Position numbers and translations under genes: made by a program. Of a DNA stretch of 64,000 bases, positions 52,801-64,000 are shown one piece after another. Positions within the stretch are counted from its first letter, which is position 1, and the number at the start of each line of letters is the position of its first letter. The notes beneath the pieces are model-generated. The model worked only from the letters and a program-made list of their open reading frames with translations. It searched no databases and was not told the DNA's origin. Source of the stretch: Octopus vulgaris (lineage: Eukaryota); NCBI GenBank assembly GCA_951406725.2, contig OX597833.1, forward strand, positions 47,740,001 to 47,804,000, written 5' to 3'.

Positions 52801-55800
52801 TTACAATTATACATAAATTGGTTTTGAGTGCTTTGGTAACATACAACCAAGAGCAGCCCACTGAACCTGTTCCTCCCTCCCTCTGTTTTGCTAACAAATT
52901 CCCTCTAGTATCTAAAATATTAAGCTGAATATAACTGGAAATTTGGTAAGTTTTCTATAACAATATACTCCAAATGAACATACAATATTTATCAAAATAT
53001 ATTAACCACATCAGCAGAAAAATTACTAACTTGCATAGGATAATTGCTTCCTTTTAGACAAGGCACGGACATCTTGGACAGCCTCATAAACCTGCCGCCA
53101 AGCATCTAGAAAGAAAATAAAGAAAAAAAAAAGACATTATTTCAAATTCATATTTTGTTTTTCCTTTTTACATTGGACAAAAAGTAGAGAGAAAACAATG
53201 AGAGAAATGTAATAATAATTACCATCAATTGAATGAGCTCGACAGTAGAAACCATCATCACTAGAAATTTCAAATACAAGATGTGGTAGGTTGAGATCTG
53301 GTTTAGGCTGGGGTAAAGGACCAGTTGAGTTTCTCGTTTGAGAACTCATGAATGGAGTTTCCATTACTTCTTCTTCCACCTCTGCAAATGGGGCACCTCC
53401 ATTCTGCTGATTACCTTCGCGACATGTTGTCTTCCTTAAATCTGAAATCGTAAAATATTTTCTCATCATTTTGAATGTTCCAATCAAAACTAATATTTCT
53501 AAATTCATTTTTCCCCCCCGCCTATTTTCCCTTGTATTGTTATATCATTTCACATTAATAGATAATATAGTTATTATAAATAACTGGCTTCCGTGTCGGT
53601 GGCACGTAAAAAGCACCATCCGAATCGTGGCCGAAGCCAGTGCCGCCTCGACTGGCTTCCGTGCAGGTGGCACGTAAAATGCGACCGTGGCCGATGCCAG
53701 CCTCGCCTGGCTCCAGTGCAGGTGGCACGTAAAAAGCACCCACTACACTCACGGAGTGGTTGGCGTTAGGAAGGGCATCCAGCTGTAGAAACATTGCCAG
53801 ATAAGACCGGAGCCTGGTGCAGCCTTCTGGCTTCCCAGATCCCTGGTCGAACCGTCCAACCCATGCTAGCATGGAGAACAGATGTTAAACGATGATGATG
53901 ATGAATATGGTTAATACATTATTCTAATTTTTGGCACAAGGAAGGAGAACATTAATTACATACATACACACACAGTGCTCAACTGGTACTCATTTTATTG
54001 AGTACCTGAAAGAACGAAAAGCAAAGCTGACCTCAGCAGAATTTGAACTCAGAACCAAAGGAAATGCCACTAAGCATTTTGTCCAGCATACAAATGATTC
54101 TGCCCCGTCCACTGCACTGGTTTCTCTTAAGATAATAATGTTAATGACAAAGTTCGACTATTGTTAAGTAATTAAGCATTGAAAATACAAATTATATTCG
54201 CAAATATATTTTGCATTTTCATTGTTGAAATTTCATTGACGCCATAAAGTTACCTTGAGAGGAACTGGTAATAGCTTTTTCAAACTTTTCATATAATATA
54301 TATCTCTTGTATTCTTATCATTAGAACAGTAGACAAATGTAAAAATTCCTAGAAAACACATAATGTGCCCTTGTCACAGATATTTAATTTAATAACCGAT
54401 GTCAGGCATGGTTGTGGGGGAAGAAGCTTGCTTCCAAACCACGATTCCAGGTTCAGTCCCACTGCACAGCACCTTAACCTTGAACCAACCAAAACCTTGA
54501 ATAGATTTGGTAGGCAGAAACTGAAAGAAGCCCATTGTGTGTGTATGTCCCCCACAATTGATGTCAGTGTGTTTAGATCCTTGTGACCAAAAGAGACCAA
54601 TAGAATAAGTACCAGGCTTTAGAAGAAAAAATAAGTACAGAGGCCAATTCATTCAACTAAAAATTCTTCAGGGCATTGTCCCAGCATGCCCACAATCAAA
54701 TGACTGAAACAAGTAAAGGATTAAAAAGAGATAAAAGCTATTTACTAAATACTAACCTCGAGGACGTCTCCGGAAATTTAGGTTTCTTGCTTTTCGCACA
54801 GGTTTCTTTCTTAGAGTTACTTTTGGTGTAAATGGGTCAAATACTTTTGAGTCAGTAGCATCTGAAGTTTGATTGGGGGAGTCAGTTGCTGGGGTCAATG
54901 TTTGATTTCCGGCATTTTCAGTTGCCTTGTCTTCTGTGTTGTTGTTGGAATCAAATGCAACCGCACGCTCTTCTTTTTCCTTCTGTTGATCTGATACAAT
55001 TCCATTTTTGCTTGAAATAAATGATAGTATGCGCTTTGTTGATTGCAATCCCACAGCAGATTGCCGTTTGCGTGACACTAGATTAAACTGTTCTTTCTGA
55101 GAAGGTAACACTGATTTATTAACATTACTTACTACTTGTATATCTGAATTAGAACTGAGACTCACCATATTCTGAATAAATTTGCTGCTTTCTTCAACTC
55201 CGGATACAATTTTTACTGCATCAGCTGAATCAGCAAGCTGACTTTTATTACAGTTCTGTCTAACAACAAATGGTGCTTTGAGTCCAGAAGGCTTCACTCT
55301 AGAAATCCTAGAATAAAGTTTACGACTAGGGGAGCGTTTATGATTGCTACTTGGTAAAGATGATAGCGATGGACTAGCCATTGGATTTTCAACTATCGAA
55401 GTGCTTGTAGTTTGACAACTATCAGATTTGCTAGATACTGTCGAAGCTATTAGAGACGTTTGGTTCGTGATAGTTGGTGGTTGTGTTACTTTAAAAATTT
55501 CCTGTAGTAATTTGCTATAATTATATGCTGTGTTTGAACTGTTCGAGTCTATACTAGACCCAGTTACAAATGAAGTGGGAGGATTATCAACAAGAATCTT
55601 TACAACTGAGCTGGAATTTTGCATAGTAGGCACAGACGTTTTATGTATAATATAAGGAGATTTGTTTTGCATTGAGCCTTCTTGTAACATCATGGTATTT
55701 GGTGCATGGTGCATAGTTGTAGCTGATTGTATCTTAGAAATTGGTTCAGAAGTGTTAATGTTCGCTGTAGACTGGAGCTGAGGTACAGAAGTTGCTATAG

Positions 55801-58800
55801 AAGAAAAAGGGTTGCTTGAGAGTGGCGGAGTAATATTCACCAGCTGGTCAGTAGCAGATGGTAACACAAAACTACCCACATAGTTGATGCTGAGAGTTGG
55901 AGTAGGAGGTGGTTGAGATGAAAGCGGAGGAGCAATAGCTATTGGAGTAACAGCAGCTTGGCTAAACACGGGTGATGCAAGAGTTGGTAAGGCAGAAGAA
56001 GTTAAGTCTGAAGTGTTGAAATATGGGGTGTTTACTGATGTCAAACTAAGAAGATGAGGAGAGGCACTTTGCATGGACATAGTCAGTGGCTGAACACTTT
56101 GGGCAGGAGCCACCACACATGTAGTCTGAGGCTGTACATTACAAACTGTATTACATAATGCCATAGTAACTACAGGTGTGGTTAACATTTGGGGTGCCAT
56201 ACTGTCTTGGCACTGTATTAATTGAGTGCTAGAACTATTTAATTCCGAGATGTGTGATGAATTAACATTTGAAGATAACGATGCGGTTAACTGTGTTAAA
56301 GATGCTTTAGATGAGGTACCTACTAAAGAAATAGCTGGGTTGTTAATGTGTGATATTTCTGCAAAAGAATTGATGGTCTTTACAGGATTTGTAGAGAATT
56401 CGATAGACGACTTAGAAATAGAATTATTAAACATTGGTTTGTTTTTATTTAATAATTCCTGATGGGCATTATCATCTGTTTGAGTTTCATCTGAAGACAT
56501 TTTGGATACAAATTTGGATTTTGCAAGAGGGTCCATAACATTTAATGACTTTGAAGTTGAGTTACTGGCACTAGCATTGTGAAATATTTGGTAAAATAAG
56601 CTCTTGTGATTACTATCTTCTAATTCTTTACATTTGTCTGTAAATAACTCTCCAAGAGAACTTTCGGTCTTATCATCAGTAATAACGGTACTGTGCTGTT
56701 TAACAGATTCAGAACTATTAGATGATGGAAGAATTTCACTGGGAATGCTGTCTCTATCACGAGAGACTGACTGTTTCAGAAAACTAGCTTCACTTATAAT
56801 TCCGTTGAGTGCTTCCAATTTCTGTTTGCCAAGTCTTCCAGACTCTTCATCAACTTTCAATCTCTTCGCATCAGATTCATGACAATTGCCTGGTTTTGGT
56901 GGTTTACTGAGCTTTGAAGCTAATTCTGACAACAGATCCAAGTTGTTGCGATCAGTTGTTGATTGAGTGCCGGCAGCGGATTCAGAAGAAACCGATGCAT
57001 TCTGTTTATCACAGCTTTCTTCGTTTAAAGACAAACTATGATCACATTGAGCAGGTGATAAGGTGGCATCAGAATCATCAGCAAAGCTACTTTCAGGTAG
57101 GCAATTAGAGTGAGTTAATTTGTCTTCTTTAATACTAAGATTGGTTTGTGAAGTGCTGTTTTCATTTGACAAATCAAGATCTTTTGATTCAAAATCTCCA
57201 CAAGATGAACTACACACAATTTGCTCTCCACGATTTTCTGTAGGCTGAGTTTGTTCATTTCCAATCTGTCCACAAAAGTCCCCTGACTTCCGACTACGAC
57301 TTTGCTTTGCTTTATTCTGTATTGAATCTAAACTTTCAGAATCCAACCCACTCATTGAATCATGTGACCGTTTCCTTGAGTGAATCTTTTTCCCAAAATT
57401 CATTTCTGCTTCAACTTCCGCAGCAACTCTCTGAATCAAAGTTGAATTACGCATGGGATAACGGGGGTTTCCAAGGTACCGCCTTGGTGAGCGGAGACCA
57501 TCTTGATCATCATCTTCTTCTTCACTGGTGCTTAGTTCAAAATCACACTTTTCAACGTGTGTCTCGAAGCTTTCCTTGGTTCTGTAGAGTCGCTTACATG
57601 TTGGACATTTGAAAGGTCCTCTCTCCCCCGGACTACTTTTAGCTAAGCTCTCCGCCCTGATCTTCAATGCAATTTTGTCATGCAGAGGAATATCTTCACT
57701 TCTTTTAACAACTACCTGTTCTTCAGTTGTAGTTTCAACAGTTGACAATACTGAGAGGGATGATTTAGCACGATCGTCTCTACAGCTCCTAGAAATTGCT
57801 TCCAGAGGGCGCTTTGCTAACGCCTGCTCACACATTCTTGAAACTGTTTGTCGCAAAGGGTATACTTTTACAGGTGGAGAGTTTTTAGATTTACCTGAAT
57901 TTTTTCCTAAATCAAAAGTATCGTTAAGCCAAGTTGATTCAGAACTAGATGTTAAGTCTTGTACTCCTTTATTACAGCTGACTTTATCAAGATTACTAGG
58001 AATTCTTGACTTATCAGCATGCAATGAATTAGTGAGCTCACTTGAAACCATTTTCCTATGCTTTAATATTCCACCACTAGATTTATCTAATTCTAATAGT
58101 TTTACATTTTTTTTCGAGCAGAATCTTTTTAAACGTCTTTTGCTATGATCTTTCAAATTATTCTGTGAGTTTGAGGGTAGGGAATTTTTTAGAGCAAGGG
58201 CATCAGTGATTGATAGTTTATGTCCAATTATATCTCCTTTAGGTCCGTATATCGGAGAAAACCGAGTAGGTTTATCATCTTGAAATCTAGATCCTACCTT
58301 TGAATATCTATTTTGGGGTTTTTTATTCAGAGGCAACGTTTTTCTATTGAAGCTAATCACTTGAACAGGCTTATTATCATCTTCAAAGTACATCATCTCT
58401 TTGTCGCATTCAGAATGTACCTGTACCTCTGAAATGGCATCAAGTGAACTGTTGATGTTATCAGGTAAATCTCCATCCGTACATGATGGTATCACAATAG
58501 GTTGCTCGGATGAGCATTCAACAATCTCTGGTTCTACCACTGAGTCAAATTTAGGAGCTTTCACGCTATCAAGCTCTCCCTTATCCGATTCAGTCAGTTC
58601 AGTAGAGATTTCATTCTCAGTAAAGTTACTATCTGCAGCAAGAAGAGCCTCCCTAGCAAGCTGAATAGCTTCCTCATCTGTCATATCCTCTGCTTCAGCA
58701 ACAACAACTACAGTTTCCAAATCTTGAGCTCCATCTCCAAACAACAACTTGTCCTCTTCACTAGATAACACAATATTATCTTCCAAATTCTCAACAACTG

Positions 58801-61800
58801 CCAACTGGGAATCAACATTTGAGCTTTCTTTCGCTGCCGAATCTGTTGACTCTTTGGGGTCTGTTGGTTTTGGTTTATCAGAAGAAATATTTTTAGATTG
58901 TTCATTAGATTCTGGAACTGAATCCTTTCCATTTTCCTTTGAAGTAGCTTTTACAACACTTTCATTATTATCATCATCATTTGTTATACCACCTAAACGA
59001 CCACAATCTTCAGCACTCTCAGCTGTCAACGTTTTAGATTTCGCAAGTTCTTCAATTTTAGAATTTTCCAGCAACTCTGGATCTTCTATCTTAGTTGTAT
59101 TGTGTTCCGCAGATTGAAGTTTTTGTTGCTCTTTGTTCGGCTTCTTAGGACATTGTGGTTTTGCAAGGCTAATACGACATGTGTAAACACATCGCTTGTT
59201 CGCATGTTTCGTACTCCAATAAACTCGAGTTGATCTATAAAAAAGTAAATTTTTAAAATTTTAATAAAATTTTAACACAAACAACGGATCTTTTCAGTTT
59301 GAACGGCTATTTTTAACATAATTTCTAAGTAACTAAAAAAAATTTTAAACTTCGTATACTGGTAGAATGTGTTTATAAAACATCTTTTTCTCTTGGCTTT
59401 ATTGAGAAAATTCTGTAGTTTGTAAGATATTTGTTGTTTTTTTTTCTTCAATTTCTGCAATTTCAACCAATCAATGACGTCTATTGAGGTAAAAAAAAAC
59501 AAAAAAAAAAAACATTCTGTGCCGTATGAATATTTCCCTTGTTTAAGAAACAGATTGGGTTTATTTACATTTGCGGAGAAAAAAAAGATACCCTTCCCCC
59601 TAACCCTAACCCTAAAACAGATTGAAATGCAATAGATCGATACCAGGGTCATAATTATGGGTGACAATTTCATATGACACCGCTAGAAAAAACTGCCGTT
59701 CAAACCGAAAACATCCCAAACAACCAAACACATTCATTTTAAAATGAATAGTAAAACGTAATCAAGAAGTTTAAAGAGAAAAAGAAAAACAAGATAATGC
59801 ATTTCAAAATTGTCAAATTTTGAAAAAAATTCAAGTAATGATTATATATTTACCGAAAGCCAACTGGAAGCAGCATATCATATCGATCTGAGAGTGGTGT
59901 GAGATTTCCTAAGCATTCAACAGTGCAGGAACCTTTATATAAAAAAAATAAGAAATAAAAGAAGAATAATGAATATATGGTTGTGTAATATAAAGAAATT
60001 GTTCAAAAAGTTAAGAATAAAGGAAAAAAATTCTATACCTATAATGACATTAATGCCAGAAGCAGGTAAGCCTTTTACCCAAGATTTTTTGGGATACTTC
60101 TGATGATCCATATAAATGCAAACTCTGCGAATCACGTCAAAGTCATTATCTTCAACTAACTATAAAGCAAAGGAACAAACAATGTAAATACGTATTAGTA
60201 TATGGGTTAAGTTATAGAGAACAGAAACATCAATACAGCGAGCGATGGACAAAGGGAAATATTTAGTTGTTTATATACAAAGTAATAAAGAAGATTAATG
60301 ACGATATATTAAGCTAAATAATTAATCCTATGTAAAAATGATTGCCCAATTAACGTCAATAGTAAATACTGCATTCAGAAAAAAGGTAAGAAACATGTGA
60401 AGTGTCATGTACATTACATTGTTGTTTTGAAATCTTTTACTAATTGAAAGTGTTTCATTATTTACAAATAATTAGGATAACCCTTTAGCATTTAAACTGG
60501 CCATATCCATCCCAAGTATACTATGTTTTTATGTACTAACCGACCAGATTCAGCCTCTCACACCTACCCTACAATGTCATTGTAAAAAACATCACAACAT
60601 CAAATTCTCAAAACTACAAAATAGTGCACGATTAATTCAAAAGTATTTGAATAAATAAACATTATATTTGACAGAGTAATCTGAATGCTAAAGGGATAGA
60701 GGATACTGAACAAGTAAAGCTTATTCAGCTTTTAAAACAATACAAATTAATTATTTGGGCTCCCTTAAATTATGGAAAATTCACTTACAAAACATTTTTG
60801 TGTCTATTATAGTTTCTGCAATTAACTAATTAAATTAAAATGTGAAACATAATTTTAAAATACTGAAATAGTTTTATTTACATCTCCATCAACTTTGTGT
60901 CGATGATTGTAACAGAAGACTTTTTTATCTTCTTGGAATATACAATATTCCTGTTTGGCACAGAGGAAATGAAAATTGGCAGGACACCCTCTGTGACAGC
61001 AACCAACTGTAGCTCCGGGTCTGGTGCATTTGTCACAGCGCTGAAAAAAAAAAATGATAAAAATGAATAGTAATCAGATAAAAGCAAAAAGAGTTAAAGA
61101 TTCACTAGCTGTTATGATCAAAGGAAAAATTTGAACTTGAGACCATCTTTAACTCTAACACACAGAATATCATTTCATTTTAAATATAAACATGCCATTA
61201 GAATTATATATAAGAAACTTTTGTTCAGTAATGTTTAGTTACTAATTTAGCTATAAAACCAGGAATCTGTAAGAGAAAGGGGATAGCTGATTACACTGAC
61301 CCGAACACTTGCTTGACTGGTACTTTATTTTATTAGTCTTGAAAGAACTGAAGGGCAAAGTTGACCCCAGCAAGATTTGAACTCAGAATGTAAAGGAAGG
61401 GCTGGAACAAATACTGCAAAGCATTTCACTCAAGGGTCTAATGATTCAGCCAATCCACTACCTTCGATACCCAAATTAATAATGAAACAGTTTATTTTAC
61501 CAAATCCTTCCACAAATTATTGACTATTTTCAAAATGAATTAAAATACAGTATGAATGTATCATTAGAAATACAGTAACAGAAACAGCTTAATAAATTAA
61601 ATCAATTTAATAAATTATTTTGTTTAGTTTCAGCATTTACTAAATTTAAGTCTTACCATCATTTTGCCTCGACTGATAGCTGGTTGAACATTTTGTAGGG
61701 TGCCATCACTTTCTTCCTCAAAAGCTTCAGCTGACCATAAAGCACAATTGACATGGATCCAGTCATCTTGGCCAACATACACAAGTCGACCTTCTTCCTA

Positions 61801-62742
61801 AAAGAGCAAGAGATGCACAAGACATGTATTCAAAGCAGAAATTATAATTTTACAATCTGTTTTTGACAAAGAAAATAAGCTATAATTAACTAAGAACAAG
61901 GTCAATTTAGTTGGTACGCCAAGCTGGCTTTCACACTGGTATACACAAGATCATTTGCATCAAAGCACTCCAAGAGCCTTGATACTTTATATTTTACTGT
62001 GGCTATAGTTTCCGTCAACACCAATATATCTATTCTGACATTACCCAGCATGATAGTTGAAATGGTCACTACACAAATAAATACACACACATTAGACACA
62101 ATATATATAGGGTTGGCCAAAAGTCACCGGACAGTAAATCTAAATTCCATAAATATTATCTGTAATTCTGTACTGACTCGAATGGGAACATGATGGTTCA
62201 TATTTAGATGCTTTTATTAAATTCATTCAGTTGTTAAACATAAATAGATCTTGGAATTAAATGGTTTTGATTTACTGTCAGTTGACTTTTGGTCAACCCT
62301 GTATATATATATATATATTGTTTAAAGTCCATCTTCCATGCATGTATGGGCAGGATGGTTGACAGGAGCCAGCCAGTTACAAAATCTGCCCATGGCTACT
62401 GTGACTGTTTTGGCAGGGACTTTACGGCTGGATGCTCTTCCTGACATCAACCACTCTGCAGAGTAGACTCAGTGCTTTCTACGTGGCACTAGCACAGGCG
62501 AAGTTAGTTTGGGCAAGATTTTTACAGCTGGATGCTTTTCCAGATGCCAACCATGTTACAGTGTAGACTGGATGCTTTTAATGTGGCACCAGCACTGACA
62601 GGGTAACCAAGTAGCTCACAAGAAAAGGAATTATGAGAGGGGAAGGCCATTTGTGCCAGTAGATGAAGGTTAGAGTGTGACAAAGTGACAGAAAAACAGA
62701 AGCAGGTGTTTTGCCACAACAGAGGGGGCGTTAGTGGAGATT

Positions 62743-62787
<45 letters not shown>

Positions 62788-62941
62788 CTGAAAAGTAGAG
62801 TAAAATGAAAATGCAAACCCTAGGCAGTCAACCAAATTCCCAAACGCATAAATGAAGATATTCAATCAATGTAATTGAAACATATATATTTATACACATC
62901 AACATAAATCATGCAGGTATAGGCGTACTTTCTATAACACA

Positions 62942-63012
<71 letters not shown>

Positions 63013-63694
63013 TTAAAAACAAAAAAACATATCTAGTGAAAGCAGGATGCTAGTTTTCTTCGCTACCATTTTTAATATTTTTAAAATGTACTTGTTGAAC
63101 TTAATCAATGGTTGTATAATATCTGCATTAAAATTCCAATTACTTATGATTACTATTAATCAGATATTTTTTGTTAAATTTTTATATATTTCTCATTGTT
63201 TTCAAGGTTAAATAACCAGTTTAGACAAAGTTTGTGCCCTTGAAATTCTTCAACAAGTTGATAATTGTATTTGGGGGGAGGGGGGGTTAAATAGAAAAAT
63301 AAAATACCTCAGGATCAAGATCAGAAGTTTTCCAGCAGAGTACACATGTTCGAAAGTCTTCACAAACTTCCACAGCAGTAGAACCTTCCTCCGACTCATT
63401 ATCTTTGTTGTTATGAGATAAAGCTGGAACAGAGAAAAGATCAAAAATAAATCATGGAAAAATGCATTTAAAATCATTTCGAAACTAGAAGGGGTGGAAA
63501 AAAGTAACATCAGTAGAAGAAGAAATTTTTTTTTTTTAAACTACTTACAAAATGAACCTGGTTTTTTATGAGGTGTTGTACAAGTTTTCCTGAGAGGGAA
63601 ATCATGAGTAGAATAAGGTTGAAATGGTCTTATCATCCACTGGGCATATGTATGATCTCCTGAAGGTGGTAGAACAGCATTTGGTAACATATCC
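43739..63694 (-). CDS. trx: Trithorax/KMT2A-B (MLL1/2-type) histone H3K4 methyltransferase, 3' portion (16 coding exons; 5' end outside window)
   Basis: Hand-spliced exons 63549-63694, 63308-63423, 61657-61797, 60882-61040, 60039-60159, 59854-59932, 54757-59234, 53223-53441, 53031-53105, 51325-51464, 50323-50477, 49939-50022, 47980-48109, 46805-46900, 44774-44841, 43739-43844. All have GT-AG boundaries and compatible phases. The translation follows the KMT2A order MLPNAVLPP motif, ePHD, FYRN, FYRC, Win, SET, post-SET. Confidence 0.96.
43881..44105. mobile_element. TTAA-flanked piggyBac-like MITE
   Basis: TTAA-(C/T)CCTTT...AAAGGG-TTAA; related copies at about 44200-44636, 47020-47943 (SINE-interrupted) and 60478-60697. 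Confidence 0.7.
44400..44619. mobile_element. Second TTAA-flanked MITE nested in the preceding family
   Basis: TTAA-CCTTTCGATAC ... GTAACGAAAGGG-TTAA. Confidence 0.72.
44774..44841 (-). CDS. trx: trx exon (SET)
   Basis: [23 protein letters not shown]. Confidence 0.96.
46305..46697 (+). mobile_element. SINE family A in a trx intron (CpG-decayed)
   Basis: Dimeric body homologous to the 9911 copy, with many CG-to-TG/CA changes. Confidence 0.88.
46805..46900 (-). CDS. trx: trx exon (SET, RFINHSC)
   Basis: [32 protein letters not shown]. Confidence 0.97.
47980..48109 (-). CDS. trx: trx exon (SET)
   Basis: [43 protein letters not shown]. Confidence 0.97.
48360..48661 (-). mobile_element. SINE family A in a trx intron
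   Basis: Flanked by a TGGGTTGG(C/A)CAGTTT duplication. Confidence 0.85.
49939..50022 (-). CDS. trx: trx exon (pre-SET / SET start)
   Basis: [28 protein letters not shown]. Confidence 0.96.
50323..50477 (-). CDS. trx: trx exon (Win-motif region)
   Basis: [35 protein letters not shown]...EEMALKSSR. Confidence 0.94.
50876..51073. mobile_element. hAT (Charlie-like) MITE
   Basis: TIRs CAGTGGTTCCCAAACT / AGTTTGAGAACCACTG with a degenerate 8-bp TSD; similar relic at about 40902-41180. Confidence 0.75.
51325..51464 (-). CDS. trx: trx exon (FYRC end)
   Basis: [35 protein letters not shown]. Confidence 0.95.
53031..53105 (-). CDS. trx: trx exon (FYRC)
   Basis: [25 protein letters not shown]; 75 bp. 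Confidence 0.93.
53223..53441 (-). CDS. trx: trx exon (start of FYRC)
   Basis: ...[21 protein letters not shown]; resembles KMT2[12 protein letters not shown]. Confidence 0.94.
54757..59234 (-). CDS. trx: trx giant exon (4478 bp): end of FYRN plus Ser/Thr/acidic low-complexity linker
   Basis: Begins [21 protein letters not shown] (FYRN) and contains the 1440-aa ORF of the track; ttatag acceptor at 59235-6, gttagt donor at 54755-6. Confidence 0.95.
59286..59716. mobile_element. Same MITE family in a trx intron, 8-bp TSD CAAACAAC
   Basis: TIRs plus TSD at 59278-59285 and 59717-59724. Confidence 0.93.
59854..59932 (-). CDS. trx: trx exon (FYRN)
   Basis: [27 protein letters not shown]; phase 1 to 2. 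Confidence 0.92.
60039..60159 (-). CDS. trx: trx exon (ePHD-FYRN linker)
   Basis: [41 protein letters not shown]; aligns with the KMT2A FEVFRRVFVD region. Confidence 0.92.
60882..61040 (-). CDS. trx: trx exon (ePHD/PHD4)
   Basis: [53 protein letters not shown]; 159 bp. Confidence 0.95.
61657..61797 (-). CDS. trx: trx exon (ePHD)
   Basis: [47 protein letters not shown]; 141 bp, canonical splice sites. Confidence 0.95.
62108..62301. mobile_element. Tc1/mariner-type MITE
   Basis: ~30-bp imperfect TIRs AGGGTTGGCCAAAAGTCACCGGACAGTAAATC, flanked by TA. Confidence 0.75.
63308..63423 (-). CDS. trx: trx exon (start of extended PHD, CxxC)
   Basis: ...[21 protein letters not shown]; ttccag acceptor, gtattt donor; phase 1 to 0. 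Confidence 0.88.
63549..63694 (-). CDS. trx: trx exon (post-bromodomain conserved motif)
   Basis: [19 protein letters not shown] resembles KMT2[20 protein letters not shown]; tttttag acceptor and gtaagt donor. Confidence 0.92.
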
Positions 63695-63917
63695 CTAAAA
63701 AAAAATATACCAGTTATCAATGTTTTTTTCAAAAATAAATTTGTAATGTGTCATTTCTGTAATATGAATGAAATATGATTTACACTGACAATATAACTTT
63801 TTTTTACCATAGTTTACAACCTAATTATGAGTTTACTACCTTCTTATCCAGTTCTTAAACTCATGTCTAAAAATCATATGCTAACTGAAAATGGAATTTT
63901 AATAGAAAAGAATATTC

Positions 63918-64000
63918 GGATCTTTTCGGTTTGAACGGCAGTTTTTAAAAATAATTTCCATGTAACTAAACACTTTTAAACTTCGTATACTGGTAGAATG
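63918..64000. mobile_element. Same MITE family, cut by the window edge
   Basis: TIR ggatcttttcggtttgaacggcagttttt at 63918. Confidence 0.85.

Noticed and set aside
54752-59074. The 1440-aa ORF as a standalone gene
   Set aside because: It is an internal exon: the frame extends up to the acceptor at 59234 and splices in phase on both sides
56226-59117. Several plus-strand ORFs of 64-179 aa
   Set aside because: Antisense shadows of the giant trx exon

Overview
AT-rich, repeat-dense eukaryotic genomic DNA. The SINE, MITE and microsatellite repertoire looks like an octopus (coleoid cephalopod) genome; this is recognition by eye, not a database result. The right third of the window holds the 3' part of a trithorax/KMT2A-B-type H3K4 methyltransferase gene on the minus strand. 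I traced 16 coding exons from 63694 down to the stop codon at 43739, all GT-AG and phase-consistent, encoding ePHD, FYRN, a ~1490-aa linker exon, FYRC, Win, SET and post-SET. The 5' part of the gene lies beyond the window. I found no intact gene in the left ~43 kb: it contains tRNA-derived SINEs, two non-autonomous Helitrons, an 8-bp-TSD MITE carrying TTAGGG, piggyBac/hAT/Tc1-type MITEs, and hAT, RTE and CR1 relics. The most interesting signal is a (TA)n-embedded tandem-plus-inverted repeat at 7509-8756. Each copy carries a minimal type I hammerhead-ribozyme-like fold, giving a Penelope pLTR or retrozyme-like architecture with a predicted ~567-nt self-cleaved monomer. Other points of note: the Trx protein has a variant Win motif, an extra C2HC zinc finger and no canonical Taspase1 site; SINEs form several fold-backs; and CpG decay in repeats appears to mark the gene body.
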